Source of the DNA: Callorhinchus milii
Lineage: Eukaryota
Reading direction: 5' to 3'
Assembly (NCBI RefSeq): GCF_018977255.1
Contig: NW_024704742.1
Location: 73,596,001-73,660,000, forward strand
DNA length: 64,000 bases
Position numbers and translations under genes: made by a program. How positions within the stretch are numbered: the first letter of the stretch is position 1; the number at the start of each line of letters is the position of its first letter. The notes below the pieces were generated by a model that had not been told where the DNA came from, ran no database searches, and worked only from the letters and a program-made list of their open reading frames with translations. Positions 53,150 to 62,970 of the stretch are shown here, piece after piece.

Positions 53150-53445
53150 CTTGGTTTGGATGAAAAAGGTCCTTCGGCTCATTTGATCTTCCAACCTACC
53201 GTCTTTCCAAGTTGCTTTTCAAATGGGTTCAGAGTCCAGTGTTCTCGCTTCTACCACTCTTCTCGGCAACCTGTTCCAGTCATTAATTATCCTCTGACTA
53301 AAGAAATACTGGCATCTATCCTGAAATTGATATTTGCAACTATGTCCTCTTGTTCTACTGATTTGATCCAACCTAAAGTATTGATCTGGGTTTACTTTAT
53401 CAATCCCATTTAAAATGTTGTAATCTCTCCTTTTAAACACAGGCA
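53150..53445 (-). mobile_element. CR1 3' fragment
   Basis: ORF 53219-53446 ILNGIDKVNPDQYF..RTRGHS..FFSQRIINDWNRLPRRVVEA. Confidence 0.8.
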
Positions 53446-53849
53446 TAAAGAGCAGCGAGTGGTTGCAAGCTCAGGTCCCAGTCGGAGTTGACTAAACTGA
53501 GATTGAACTATAGTGGATATCAATTACTTTAAGTTAGGGGAAAGGTTGCCTATCTAGTCTGAGCTTTCTTTCCTGTGGTCTGAATTGTGTGTGTGTGTGT
53601 GTGTGTGGTGGGAGAGTGGGGGGGTCTGATCAAAATAAAATTCTGACATTTCACCTGTAAGGCCATTTTGCCTTAAGAATTGTGGAAAATTCAGTCTTAA
53701 TTTGGTAACCAGTTTACCACGGTTCTTAAACTGATTTCCAAATTTTGTCTGAATGTAATAATTCCCACAATTCTACACCAGCAAAATGATCTGACATGCT
53801 ACGACCAGGTAGAATTTCACCACTGATCTCATCATCTTCTGTTCTCCAC

Positions 53850-54066
53850 CTAAATGTTTCCTTTGTTTTTCTTTCTCCGCCCCCTTCTCTGCTTGTCCGT
53901 ATAATCTGCTTCCTTCCAACATCCCCCAGTTCTGAGTAATGGTCATAGACCTGCAATTTTAATTAAATTTCCTATCTCCATAGATGCTGCCTGACTTGCT
54001 GAGTGTTCCAAGAGACTTCTGTTTTTGTTTCAGATTTTCAGCATCTGAAGTATTTTGCTTTATTTT
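53850..54066 (+). mobile_element. Solo, decayed Penelope-like terminal repeat (same family as 44956-45089)
   Basis: ccagttctgag..ggtcatagacctg..tctccatagatgctgcctgacttgctgagtgttcc..ctgtttttgtttcagattttcagcatctgaagtattttg. Confidence 0.78.
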
Positions 54067-54176
54067 AACCTGGTAGCCAGCTCAGCCCCAAGGAGACCTT
54101 GCTTACCTCCCCATCCAGGTGGATATTGCACAATATGTATAATTGGCTTTAAATTCTATGAAAAGCTTTGTGAAGA

Positions 54177-54340
54177 GCTCAGTGGCCACAGGCTGGTAAG
54201 GATGGACATGAGCCATAGAGATCAAGCAGAGCTTTCATCAATCCCCAGTCTCTGCGGAGTGAGCTGTTCTCAGCTGAAGCAGGAGGAGGAGGAATGCTAC
54301 ATTTGGCTTCAGCCTTTCTGGGCCATAAACTGTGTGTGAT
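54177..54340 (+). mobile_element. Possible ancient LF-SINE-like head relic
   Basis: gagccatagagatcaagcag..aatccccagtctctgc.gagtgagctg.tctcagctg resembles, from memory, the LF-SINE tRNA-like head. Confidence 0.35.
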
Positions 54341-54404
54341 GGCAAGGAAATCACAACAAAAACACCTTATATTTATTTATAGCCCTTCATGTAGGATAGT
54401 GTCA

Positions 54405-55093
54405 GGAGAAAGAGAAGCTGAGTGAAGGAGAGAGAGGGGAGAGAGGTAAATGAAGGAGAGAAAGGAGGAAGTGAGTGAAGGAGAGAGAGGAGGGAATGAG
54501 TAAAAGAGAGAGAGAAGGGAGTGAGTGAAGGAGAGAGAGAAGGGAATGAGTGAAGGAGAGAGGAGGGAATGAGTGAAGGAGAGAGAGGAGGGAAAGAGTG
54601 AAGGAGAGAGAGGAGGGAAAGAGTGAAGGAGAGAGAGGAGGGAAAGAGTGAAGGAGAGAGAGGAGGGAAAGAGTGAAGGAGAGAGAGGAGGGAAAGAGTG
54701 AAGGAGAGAGAGGAGGGAAAGAGTGAAGGAGAGAGAGGAGGGAAAGAGTGAAGGAGAGAGAGAGAGGAGGGAGGGAGTAAAGGGGAGAAAGGAGGGAGTG
54801 AGTGAAAGAGAGAAGAGGGAGTGATTGAAGGAGAGAGAGAGAGGAGGGAGGGAGTAAAGGGGAGAGAGAGGAGGGAGGGAGTGAAGGATAGAGAGGAGGG
54901 AGTGAGTGAAGGAGAGAGAGGAGGGAGTGAGTGAAGGAGAGAGAGGAGGGAGTGAGTGAAGGAGAGAGAGGAGGGAAAGAACGAAGGAGAGAGAGGAGGG
55001 AAAGAACGAAGGAGAGAGAGGAGGGAGGGAGTAAAGGGGAGAGAGAGGATGGAGTGAGTGAAGGAGAGAGAGGAGGGATTGAGTGAAGGGGGA
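54405..55093 (+). repeat. Polypurine minisatellite, ~25-bp unit (GAGTGAAGGAGAGAGAGGAGGGAAA)n
   Basis: Directly visible; several exact units at ~54570-54755. Confidence 0.95.
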
Positions 55094-55811
55094 AATGTTT
55101 TAGAAGCAGCGAATAAACTTAATCCAATCATCACTCAATCAACGTTTAAAAACTAAATATTGCATTGTCATTTCACTGGAAATATATTCCCCTCCACAGA
55201 GTAGCGGCCGACCTGCCCGTGTGCAGAAAATGTTATTGTAATAAGCCACGTGAAGCTACTCTGTAAAAATAACCTTTCCTTTACATTAGCATCGAACTGA
55301 ACGTTCAACAATTCCTTTGTTCATCCTCGGAAGCTGTGATTTATTGTGTAATTAGTGACTTTGAGGGTTACACGGCAATGATGTGCGAGAGTAAATGACA
55401 TACTTAGAGAATCCCTCAGGCAGGGTTCAAGTCAGTGGACAGCACAGAACAGCACTGCCGCAGCAACGCACACATGACTCACTGTGCCATTCACTGCAAG
55501 GGTCACCTTGGAATTTTTACGCAGTGAATGAAAGGGACTGCAGTAAACAGCACACAAGTTAAAGTCTTCAGGAAGCTGCTCTAGAGAGGAAATGATTTGA
55601 CTTTTTAAAGAAGGCTTCATCTTATAATTCTGAACAGAATCGAAACTAAATTGGAACAAGATTTCATTGTGAAATGGAATTTTTAATTAATACATTTTGC
55701 TGTTATCGATCCGATTACTGCAATTCTCAAACTTTCTGTTAATAATAAATGACATAAATCCAAGGATTATTGTATAAATCTTGCACAGTGTAACCTCTCT
55801 CCACAGTGTGT

Positions 55812-56175
55812 ATAATAATCCTTGCATTTGATATAGCGCCTTATCATGTTTTTGAGACGTCTCAAAGCACTTCACAGAATATACCGTAAAGTGAATTGGC
55901 TGTATATTTTATGGGTGAAATGCAACAGCCAATTGTGCACAGCAGTGTCCCACAAACAGTCGTGGATTGAGTGACTAATTTATAATTTTTTTTGAAGGAA
56001 TTATTACCCCCAGAAAAGCGATTCCGCCAATCGACTAACAACCGGGTTCCTGCTTACTGCTAGGTAAACAGAGTTATGTGGAGTAAAGAAACTTGCCCAA
56101 CATTTTGCCCTGCCGGGAATCAAACCCAGGTCTCCTGCTTGCGAGGTGAGTGCCCCAACGACTTCACTACAGGAC
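55812..56175 (-). mobile_element. tRNA-type SINE family A, full length
   Basis: Tail ataataatccttgcatttgatatagcgcc through B-box (gggaatcaaaccc) to the A-box region at ~56150-56172. Confidence 0.88.
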
Positions 56176-56539
56176 TCCACCCTGTAACCTCTCTCCTCTC
56201 CACCCTGTAACCTTTCCCCCAGTTCTCGCCTGGAGTATCAACCTAGACCAGGGTCTCCATCTGGTTGATCACTGCTAAGTGGCATCTCTGGAATGCGTAA
56301 TAAAAACAAGAGGCAAAAGCGATATTTTGCTTAAATATTAAAGTTTATATTTTTATTTTGAGACACTTGCAATAGTTTTGTACATCTGGCTTCGTCTTTA
56401 ATAGGACTAAATAACTTCACAGCTCTACCGCTCCTTCCTCTTGCCTCTTTGATCATGCACACAATCGCCACGTAGCAGTGATCCACCAGTTGGAGACCTT
56501 TGGCCTCTAGACTGTGACTGCAAGGTCCTGAGGTGTCAG

Positions 56540-56990
56540 CTTGGCTCATCAGCAGCCCTCTCGCCTCAGAGTCAGAAGTTTGTTAGTTCAAGCTCTACAT
56601 CAGGACATTAAATTTGCATTCTAACGTGACACTCCAAAAAAGTCGGCCTGAGGGGGCGCCTCATAGTCAGATCTGCGTCCTTCGGATAGGCAACAAATCA
56701 CATTTGTATAGTGCCTTTCACGTCAGGAGGATGTCCCAAGGTGCACATTACACTGAAGTCCAGGGTGTCCCTGTTTGTGTAGGTGTTAAAGATCCCATGG
56801 CACTAATTGAGAAGAGAAAGGAGTTTCTCTCGTGTCCTCGTCAACAATCCCCGTAAATAAAATTGGTCACTCACTCCATGTCTGTTTGTGGGACACTACT
56901 GTGTGCAAATAGGCTGCTGTGTTCTTCTTAAAATACACAGTTAATACATTCTACAATAGATCCTTTCAAGTGCTTTGAAACCTCCTCCTA
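56540..56990 (+). mobile_element. SINE family B interrupted by a short L2 tail (~56690-56750, -)
   Basis: Head ctcgcctcagagtcagaag..gttcaag; Deu-like gtgttaaagatcccatggcactaattgagaagagaaaggagtttctc; shared tail. Confidence 0.7.
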
Positions 56991-57140
56991 ACATAACATG
57001 CAGGAGTAGGCCATTCGGCCCTTCGAGCCTACCCCGCAATTCAATCATGGCTGATCTTCCAATCTAACTCCAGCTAATAACCTAACCCTGCCTTATCCCC
57101 ATATCCCTTAATCCCTTTTGCAATAAGAAATCTCATTGTT
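56990..57140 (-). mobile_element. CR1 3'-end fragment
   Basis: caggagtaggccattcggcccttcgagcct..atcatggctgatc, reverse complement of the tail seen at 22360-22430. Confidence 0.75.
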
Positions 57141-57496
57141 AAATATGTTCAAGGAAACCCACAACCTCCTGACTCAGGTGAGAGCATTACCACCCGAGCC
57201 AGCCTGAAATCTTCATCTAAAGTACGAGGGAAGGAGAGGGACCGAGAGAGGCAAATTGGGAAACAGAGGGAGAGTCAAAGCTGGAGAGAGAGAGAGAAAG
57301 TGAGGGGGAAGGAATATATTGAGAGAGATGAAGAGAGTGAGGCACCATATACAGATATAACTCCTGATGGAACACTTCTTTTTAGTTAGCTCTGCAGCCA
57401 GTTTGTATTTTGTGTGGTGTCCAGCTACTCACCCTGTTTGCTTATCCACAACAGAGGTGGAGCTAAGGAGGCGGGTGAGAAAACTATTATGAGTAA

Positions 57497-57910
57497 TCAA
57501 CTGCAGCTCGTGTCCCCTCCTGCACCAGGCTCCATGAGCAGATCATCCCCATCCTCTCCCTGGCTTCACTGGCTCCCTATCCCCCAGAGGATAGAGTTCA
57601 AGACTCTCGCCCTCACTTTTAAAGCCTTCCACAATCTTGTTCCTCCCTACCACTGCAACCTACTAAAACGTTACCAACCTGCCCATTCCCTCCGCTCGGC
57701 AGGCAGTGGTCTGCTCTATGTCCCCTGCCCCTCCACCATCGGTGGTTAGATCTTCAGTCTTTCTGTCCTCTCTCTCTGGAACTCCTTCCAGGAGCCTCTC
57801 TGCATTGCCTCCTCCATTGCCTCTTTCAAGGCCCATCTCAAGACCTTCCTTTTTAACTGTGCCTTCTGTTATCATCATTCCCCCCTTCACCCCATTGCCC
57901 TTCCCCACAC
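57497..57910 (+). mobile_element. L2 3' fragment
   Basis: LHWLPIPQRIEFKTLALTFKAFHNLVP. Confidence 0.85.
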
Positions 57911-58670
57911 TGAGGATAACCAACTACATTGATAAATAGATGTTGGCAAGATTTCTTCTTGGATTCAGGTATTGGTTAGTTCCTTAGGCTTTGCTTTTTT
58001 ACATTGTGTTGTGTCTTTTACATAATAAAAATTCTAACTTCTAGACCAGGAGTCTTCTATGTCCCTGTGCTAAGTGAACCTCTGTCACAGGTAAAGCATA
58101 CTGTCCACCAGGCCTTTCATATCATCTGAACTGTATCCACACCACAGTAGTACTTTGCGTAATTAATGAGACTCTGGTGCCTCGGGTTCTCTGGGAACCT
58201 CTGCATTTATTTTACAGCCCACTGAGGTTTGATCTCAGGAAAAGTGTCCTTGATCTTCAAAATTTGGCAGGATCAACTTTGCCTGGCTATGTGAGATTAT
58301 ATGTTCGCTTGAACGGTTTGCACCAAGACACTCGTGCAGACATATGCAACACTCAGTCCTATCCCCAGAGCATCACACGCAGCTCTCAGTGTAGCGGGCT
58401 CACCAACACACAGGTCACCCTGAGCATGAATAGGCCAAGGGTTGGTGGAGATTAGATTAACTTGAAAGCCTGTGCCTCTTACATCAAGGGCACTCGTCTT
58501 GTCCGAATAACCCTGTGAATCGGGCACCTTTGGCTCTCCACCAGTGGAGGACTGGCTCCCCGAAAGGGCTTGGGATTTTCAGGTAGAATGGGATTGCTGA
58601 TTCAGCATGAAACCTCTGCAGGTTTAAAAACTTTATCAGGGTTTAAACCAGAGGTCGGGATCCAGGCAGT

Positions 58671-58746
58671 GATTGGCTATCATAGCTGTCACTCATCAGG
58701 AAGAGCTGGGTCTGGGTGATGATTGGCTGGTCTGAGCTGTCATTCA
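58671..58746 (-). promoter_or_regulatory. Two tandem TGANTGACAG + CCAAT composite motifs (Pbx/Prep-Meis decamer next to an NF-Y box)
   Basis: Minus strand: TGAATGACAGctcagaccagCCAAT (58746-58722) and TGAGTGACAGctatgatagCCAAT (58695-58672). Confidence 0.35.
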
Positions 58747-58839
58747 CCCAGATGTCCGGGGCTGGGATGATATATCAGAGACAGTCACAAGGCACTCAGG
58801 AATTTTCCCATAGAGCCAGCCCACCCCTGCTCTCCACTC

Positions 58840-59290
58840 AACAACAACAACAAGATTCCATTTATAGAGCGCCTTTCACGTCGGGAGGACGTCCCAAGGC
58901 GCTGCACAGTTGGGTCAGGACCCGAGCAGTGGGGAAATGGTCAGGGTGAGGGAAGGGAGGGAGCGAGTGTCGTAGTCTGGCGATGTTTCGGAGGTGATGG
59001 AAGGTGGTGCCAGTTGTGGTGCGGATATGAGGAAGAAAGGACAGCTCAGGGTCGAACAGAACCCCGAGGTTCCTGATGGCTTTGAGAGGTGGAGAGTGCA
59101 GCCTTGGATGCTGATGGTGTCAGCGCCTGAGGTGTGGAGGTGCTGACGTGAGCCGATCAGGAGGGCCTCAGTTTTGCGCACGTTGAGCTGAAGAAAGTTG
59201 TCTCTCGTCCAGGACTCGATGTCGGACAGGCAGTCTGTCAGGGCATCGGTGGTCGTGGAGTTGAGGGTAGAGGAGGAAAGCTAGAGTTGT
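58840..59290 (-). mobile_element. L2 LINE, sibling of 48038-50345 with a ~520-bp internal deletion
   Basis: Near-identical to 48040-48173 and 48697-49016; junction gagcgag|tgtcgtagtctgg at ~58967. Confidence 0.9.
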
Positions 59291-60559
59291 GCTGAACTAA
59301 ATGTACCTGCAGTGGGGGTGACTGGCTTATTCTGTGCCAGCAACGACACTATAAGCACATTTGGGTAACCACAATTCATTTTGTTAATTTGGAAATTAAT
59401 CCTTAATTTAAGACATTATTTAATTCCTACACCAGGAAATTTACTCTAAAATTAGATTCATTTGCACTATTTCTAAACAGTTAAATCAAATCAATTTGGA
59501 TTGACTTTGTTAATAAACATTAGACTTCAGTTCATTTGCAATTCAATTGCTGACACAATCACTTCAGCAGTTGATGTGAATAATCAGGATTCAAGTTTCA
59601 TTCAGGATTTTCAGCTCGCAGTCTAGATTGATATTCCAGTGGAGTCTGGAGAAATGCTGCAGTATGGGATGTTAAACTGAACTCCCAATTGCCTGTTTAG
59701 GTGGACACTATTATCCGACAAGATTGAGAGCAAGCAAACCTTCTTCCTCCAATTGGGGACCCATCGCATTCGACGAGAAGCAGCATCAGGGAAGGAGCTG
59801 CTGTTTGTGTAGGTAAACATGCAAACAAGAGGAGCAAATGTGTCACCCATTGTCCCTGCTGCTGGTGCTTCCAAGGTTTGATGTCAATTAAGTTCATTAG
59901 TTTAACATAAATGACTTGTTCTGATTTTCTTGTGATGGAGTGAAAATTACTTTCTAATCACGCAGCATATGATCTGTGGCCTCTGCAGCCAATGCACCAG
60001 TTATGATCAATTACTACTGTCTTGTCACTTGTGGGCTCCTTCTGGAGTCTTACTGCACACATGGTGTGAATTGTACATTACTGCTTAAAAAAAGGAGAAA
60101 GCAACAGGCCTAGGAACGTATATGTTTCACCCACAAATACAGTCAATTCACGTTACAGCATATTCTGTGAAGCGCTTTGAGACGTCTAGAAGACGTGAAA
60201 AGCGCTATATCAATTGATTCTACAGTCAGTTGCATAACCTTCAAAAGGAAGTGACAGAAAATCTAAATCAGTGACAAACATAATGTGAAATGGCAAGTGT
60301 TAAATATTCATTGCATGTGCTACCAATTTAGCTGGTACTTGACAACTGAGTAATGTGTGTTTGTCTGGGTCCTCCCAGCTGCAGCACCCCTAGTGGCCTG
60401 AGAGAACTCATGCCCAAACAGTCACCCTGGATATTGGAGCTACTGAGCTCTTTTCCCTTCCAATGATGATATTTCAGTTTACTGTAATTGTAAAAATTCT
60501 CAAAAGCATATAGTCAAATACATTCATAAGGAGCCAGAGATGCAGACAATGTAGATCTT

Positions 60560-61110
60560 TAAATTGTACCTTTAAAAGTGAAATTGCAGTTGGGAAAGGC
60601 AAAGATGGGAAATTAAAGCCACTGGTTAGTCTACATTTGGAGTACAGTGTGCAGTTTTAGGTACATCCATTATAAAAATATCAGATTGTTGGAATGGGTG
60701 CATCCCAGATTAATTGGGACAATACCAGAGGTGAAAGGATAAAGTCATGATGAAAGGCTTAAATACCTGGGGGTCTGTAAAATTATGAAAGATTTTGAGA
60801 GGGAATAGCAAAAAGATTATTATTATTATTTGAATCAGTTACAAGATAAACTTTGTTATTAAGGCATAAAGGGGAGGTTAAAACATTTATTTTAAAGAGT
60901 TATTAGGATATGGAAAGCAAAATTGTGTCAATTGAAGCAGTCAAATACATTCATAAGGAAATTAGAGAGGTCTCTGAGGAATAAAAATACAATATAAAGG
61001 AGTATGGAAAAAGAACATTAAAGTGGGATTAAAGAAGATTGTTCCTACAGGGAGCCAGTATGGCACAGACACAATCTACCAAATGGCCTCCTACACTGCA
61101 CAAAAATTCT
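60560..61110 (+). mobile_element. Old CR1 relic
   Basis: ctggttagtctacatttggagtacagtgtgcagtttt (LV..HLEY.VQF); 3' end aaatggcctcct..ctgcacaaaaattcta. Confidence 0.65.
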
Positions 61111-61119
61111 AATGAATTA

Positions 61120-61530
61120 GCTCTCAGTTTGGCTCAGTTGGAGCACTCTTGTTACTCCGTCAGAGAGTTAGTTATAGGTTTAAGCCCCACAATGAGATTT
61201 GAGATGGTAGTCAGCCTGATACTCTAATGCAGTGATGGAGAAATGAAGCAACAAGAGCTCGGCTGGTCATTTATGTCCTTCGGATGAGACATTATACCAA
61301 CGTCTCATATGCCTGTTTGGGGAATGTTAAAGATCCCACAACAATGTTTAAAAGAAAAGGTAATTTCTCCCGGTGTCCTGGCAAACAATCCTTCAGATAA
61401 ATTGGTTATTCCCTTCATGGATGTTTGTGGGATCTTGCTGTGCACAAATTGGCTGCTGTGTTCACCTTTAAAATATATAGTCACTGCACTAGACAATAAT
61501 TGCCTGTAAAATGGTTTGAATGTTTCAACA
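61120..61530 (+). mobile_element. SINE family B, near full length
   Basis: tggctcagttgg A-box-like, ggtttaagccc, gtccttcggatgagac..gttaaagatccc..ttctcccggtgtcctggcaaac, shared tail. Confidence 0.75.
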
Positions 61531-61683
61531 TTATAGTCTCTACATCAAATGCTATTATTATTATAATTAGATCTGGACCTGAGGATTTTAAAGTGCTTTT
61601 TCTGTTGTGTTTCCTGAACAACAGAAAGTACGATTAATAAAAGTTTTTGCAAAAAGGTTATGATTTCAAAATCAAAATGTACC

Positions 61684-61903
61684 CAAAACATAAAATACTG
61701 CAAATGCTGGAAATCTGAAACAAAAACGGAAGTCGCTGGGAACACTCAGCGGGTCAGGCAGCATGTATGGAGAAAGGAAAGTGAGTCAACGTTTCGAGTC
61801 CACGACCCTTCTGACGAAGAAGGGCCGTGGACTCGAAACGTTGACTCACTTTCCTTTCTCCATAGATGCTGCCTGACCTGCTGAGTGTTCCCAGCGACTT
61901 TTG
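61684..61903 (-). mobile_element. Penelope-like fold-back insertion without spacer (long arm 61684-61811, 7-nt centre, short arm 61819-61903)
   Basis: Near-perfect palindrome of ~82 bp per arm. Flanking 12-bp direct repeats tcaaaatgtacc (61672-61683) and tcaaattgtacc (61904-61915) have one mismatch. Confidence 0.82.
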
Positions 61904-61969
61904 TCAAATTGTACCTGGTTATTTGTTTTTCCAATGTACAGAACAAGCTACACCTAGAGTACTGCTCTA

Positions 61970-61970
61970 C

Positions 61971-62001
<31 letters not shown>

Positions 62002-62010
62002 TACACACAC
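61970..62010 (+). repeat. (TA)n(CA)n microsatellite
   Basis: Directly visible. Confidence 0.9.
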
Positions 62011-62024
62011 GCATAGTTTTTGTG

Positions 62025-62970
62025 TGCCTGCTCAGTGGTAGCAGTCTTGCCACTGAGTCATAAGCTGGGCCAATAGAAAAGTGCGGACATATTGCCCAAA
62101 ATTGCAGGGAATTTTTTTTGGCAAATTTTGCAGAACATTGCAGTGAGTTGATTGGTGCTAAAATGAGGTACATTTTACTTCCAATCATATTTTTTCCCTT
62201 TATTGATAAAAACTAAGCATGAGGAAATAACACACAAATAGATTGTTGCAAAAAAATAACAGCGCTTTGGGATGTCCTCCCAATGTGAAAGGCGCTCTAT
62301 GAATGTAAGTTTGTTGTTGCTGTAGTAATCGCTTCTTTAACAAAAACTGGGTGGCCTTTTTATGGGGAGGGGGAACACCAGCAAGACTACAGGAGCTCTC
62401 AGAGCCCAGCACCGCACACAGACCCAGAGAGAGAGACGCATACACTCAGACACACAGAGACACACACACACTCAGAGACCCAGAGAGAGATGCGCACACA
62501 GACCCAGAGGAGGGGGCTGGCCGAGGGGGGGGGCTGGCGGAGGAGGGGGGGCTGGCAGGGAGGGGGGCTGGCGGGGAGGGGGGGCTGGCGGGATGGTGGG
62601 GAGGAGGGGGCTGGCGGGATGGAAGGGGAGGAAGGGGCTGGCGGGGGGAGGTGCATCCGCACTTTTCTATTGGCCCAGGTCATAAGATTGTGGGTTCAAG
62701 CCCACGTAGGGACATGAACTCACATAGTGGAAGATGACACTCCAATGCAGTATTGAGGGTGTGTTTCATTGCCAGAGGAGGTGTCCTTCTGATGAGACTT
62801 TAAACCGAGGTCCCGTCTACCTGTTCAGGTGGGGGTTATAAATCCCATGGCACTTTTCAAAAAGAGAAACAAGTTCCTCTTGATGACAACAATCCCTCAA
62901 AATAAAATTGGACACTCACTCCATGGCTGTTTGTGGGAAGTTGCTGTGCGCAATTGCACTGCTGCTTTCG
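62025..62970 (+). mobile_element. SINE family B, split by the TIR element
   Basis: Head gctcagtggtagcagtcttgccactgagtcataag resumes after the insertion as attgtgggttcaagccc, then the Deu-like domain gatgagactttaaaccgaggtcccgtctacctgttcaggtgg. Confidence 0.8.
62065..62678. mobile_element. Non-autonomous DNA transposon (MITE-like), 23-bp TIRs, 8-bp TSD (hAT-type)
   Basis: TIRs ctgggccaatagaaaagtgcgga (62065-62087) and tccgcacttttctattggcccag (62656-62678); TSD gtcataag at 62057-62064 and 62679-62686. Confidence 0.88.

Noticed and set aside
54373..55134. 253-aa S/L/P/F-rich ORF
   Set aside because: Artefact of the polypurine minisatellite.
55482..55581. Minus-strand exon-like segment (EQLPEDFNLCAVYC...) ending at a GTGAGT donor
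   Set aside because: No recognisable protein similarity and no supporting neighbouring exons.
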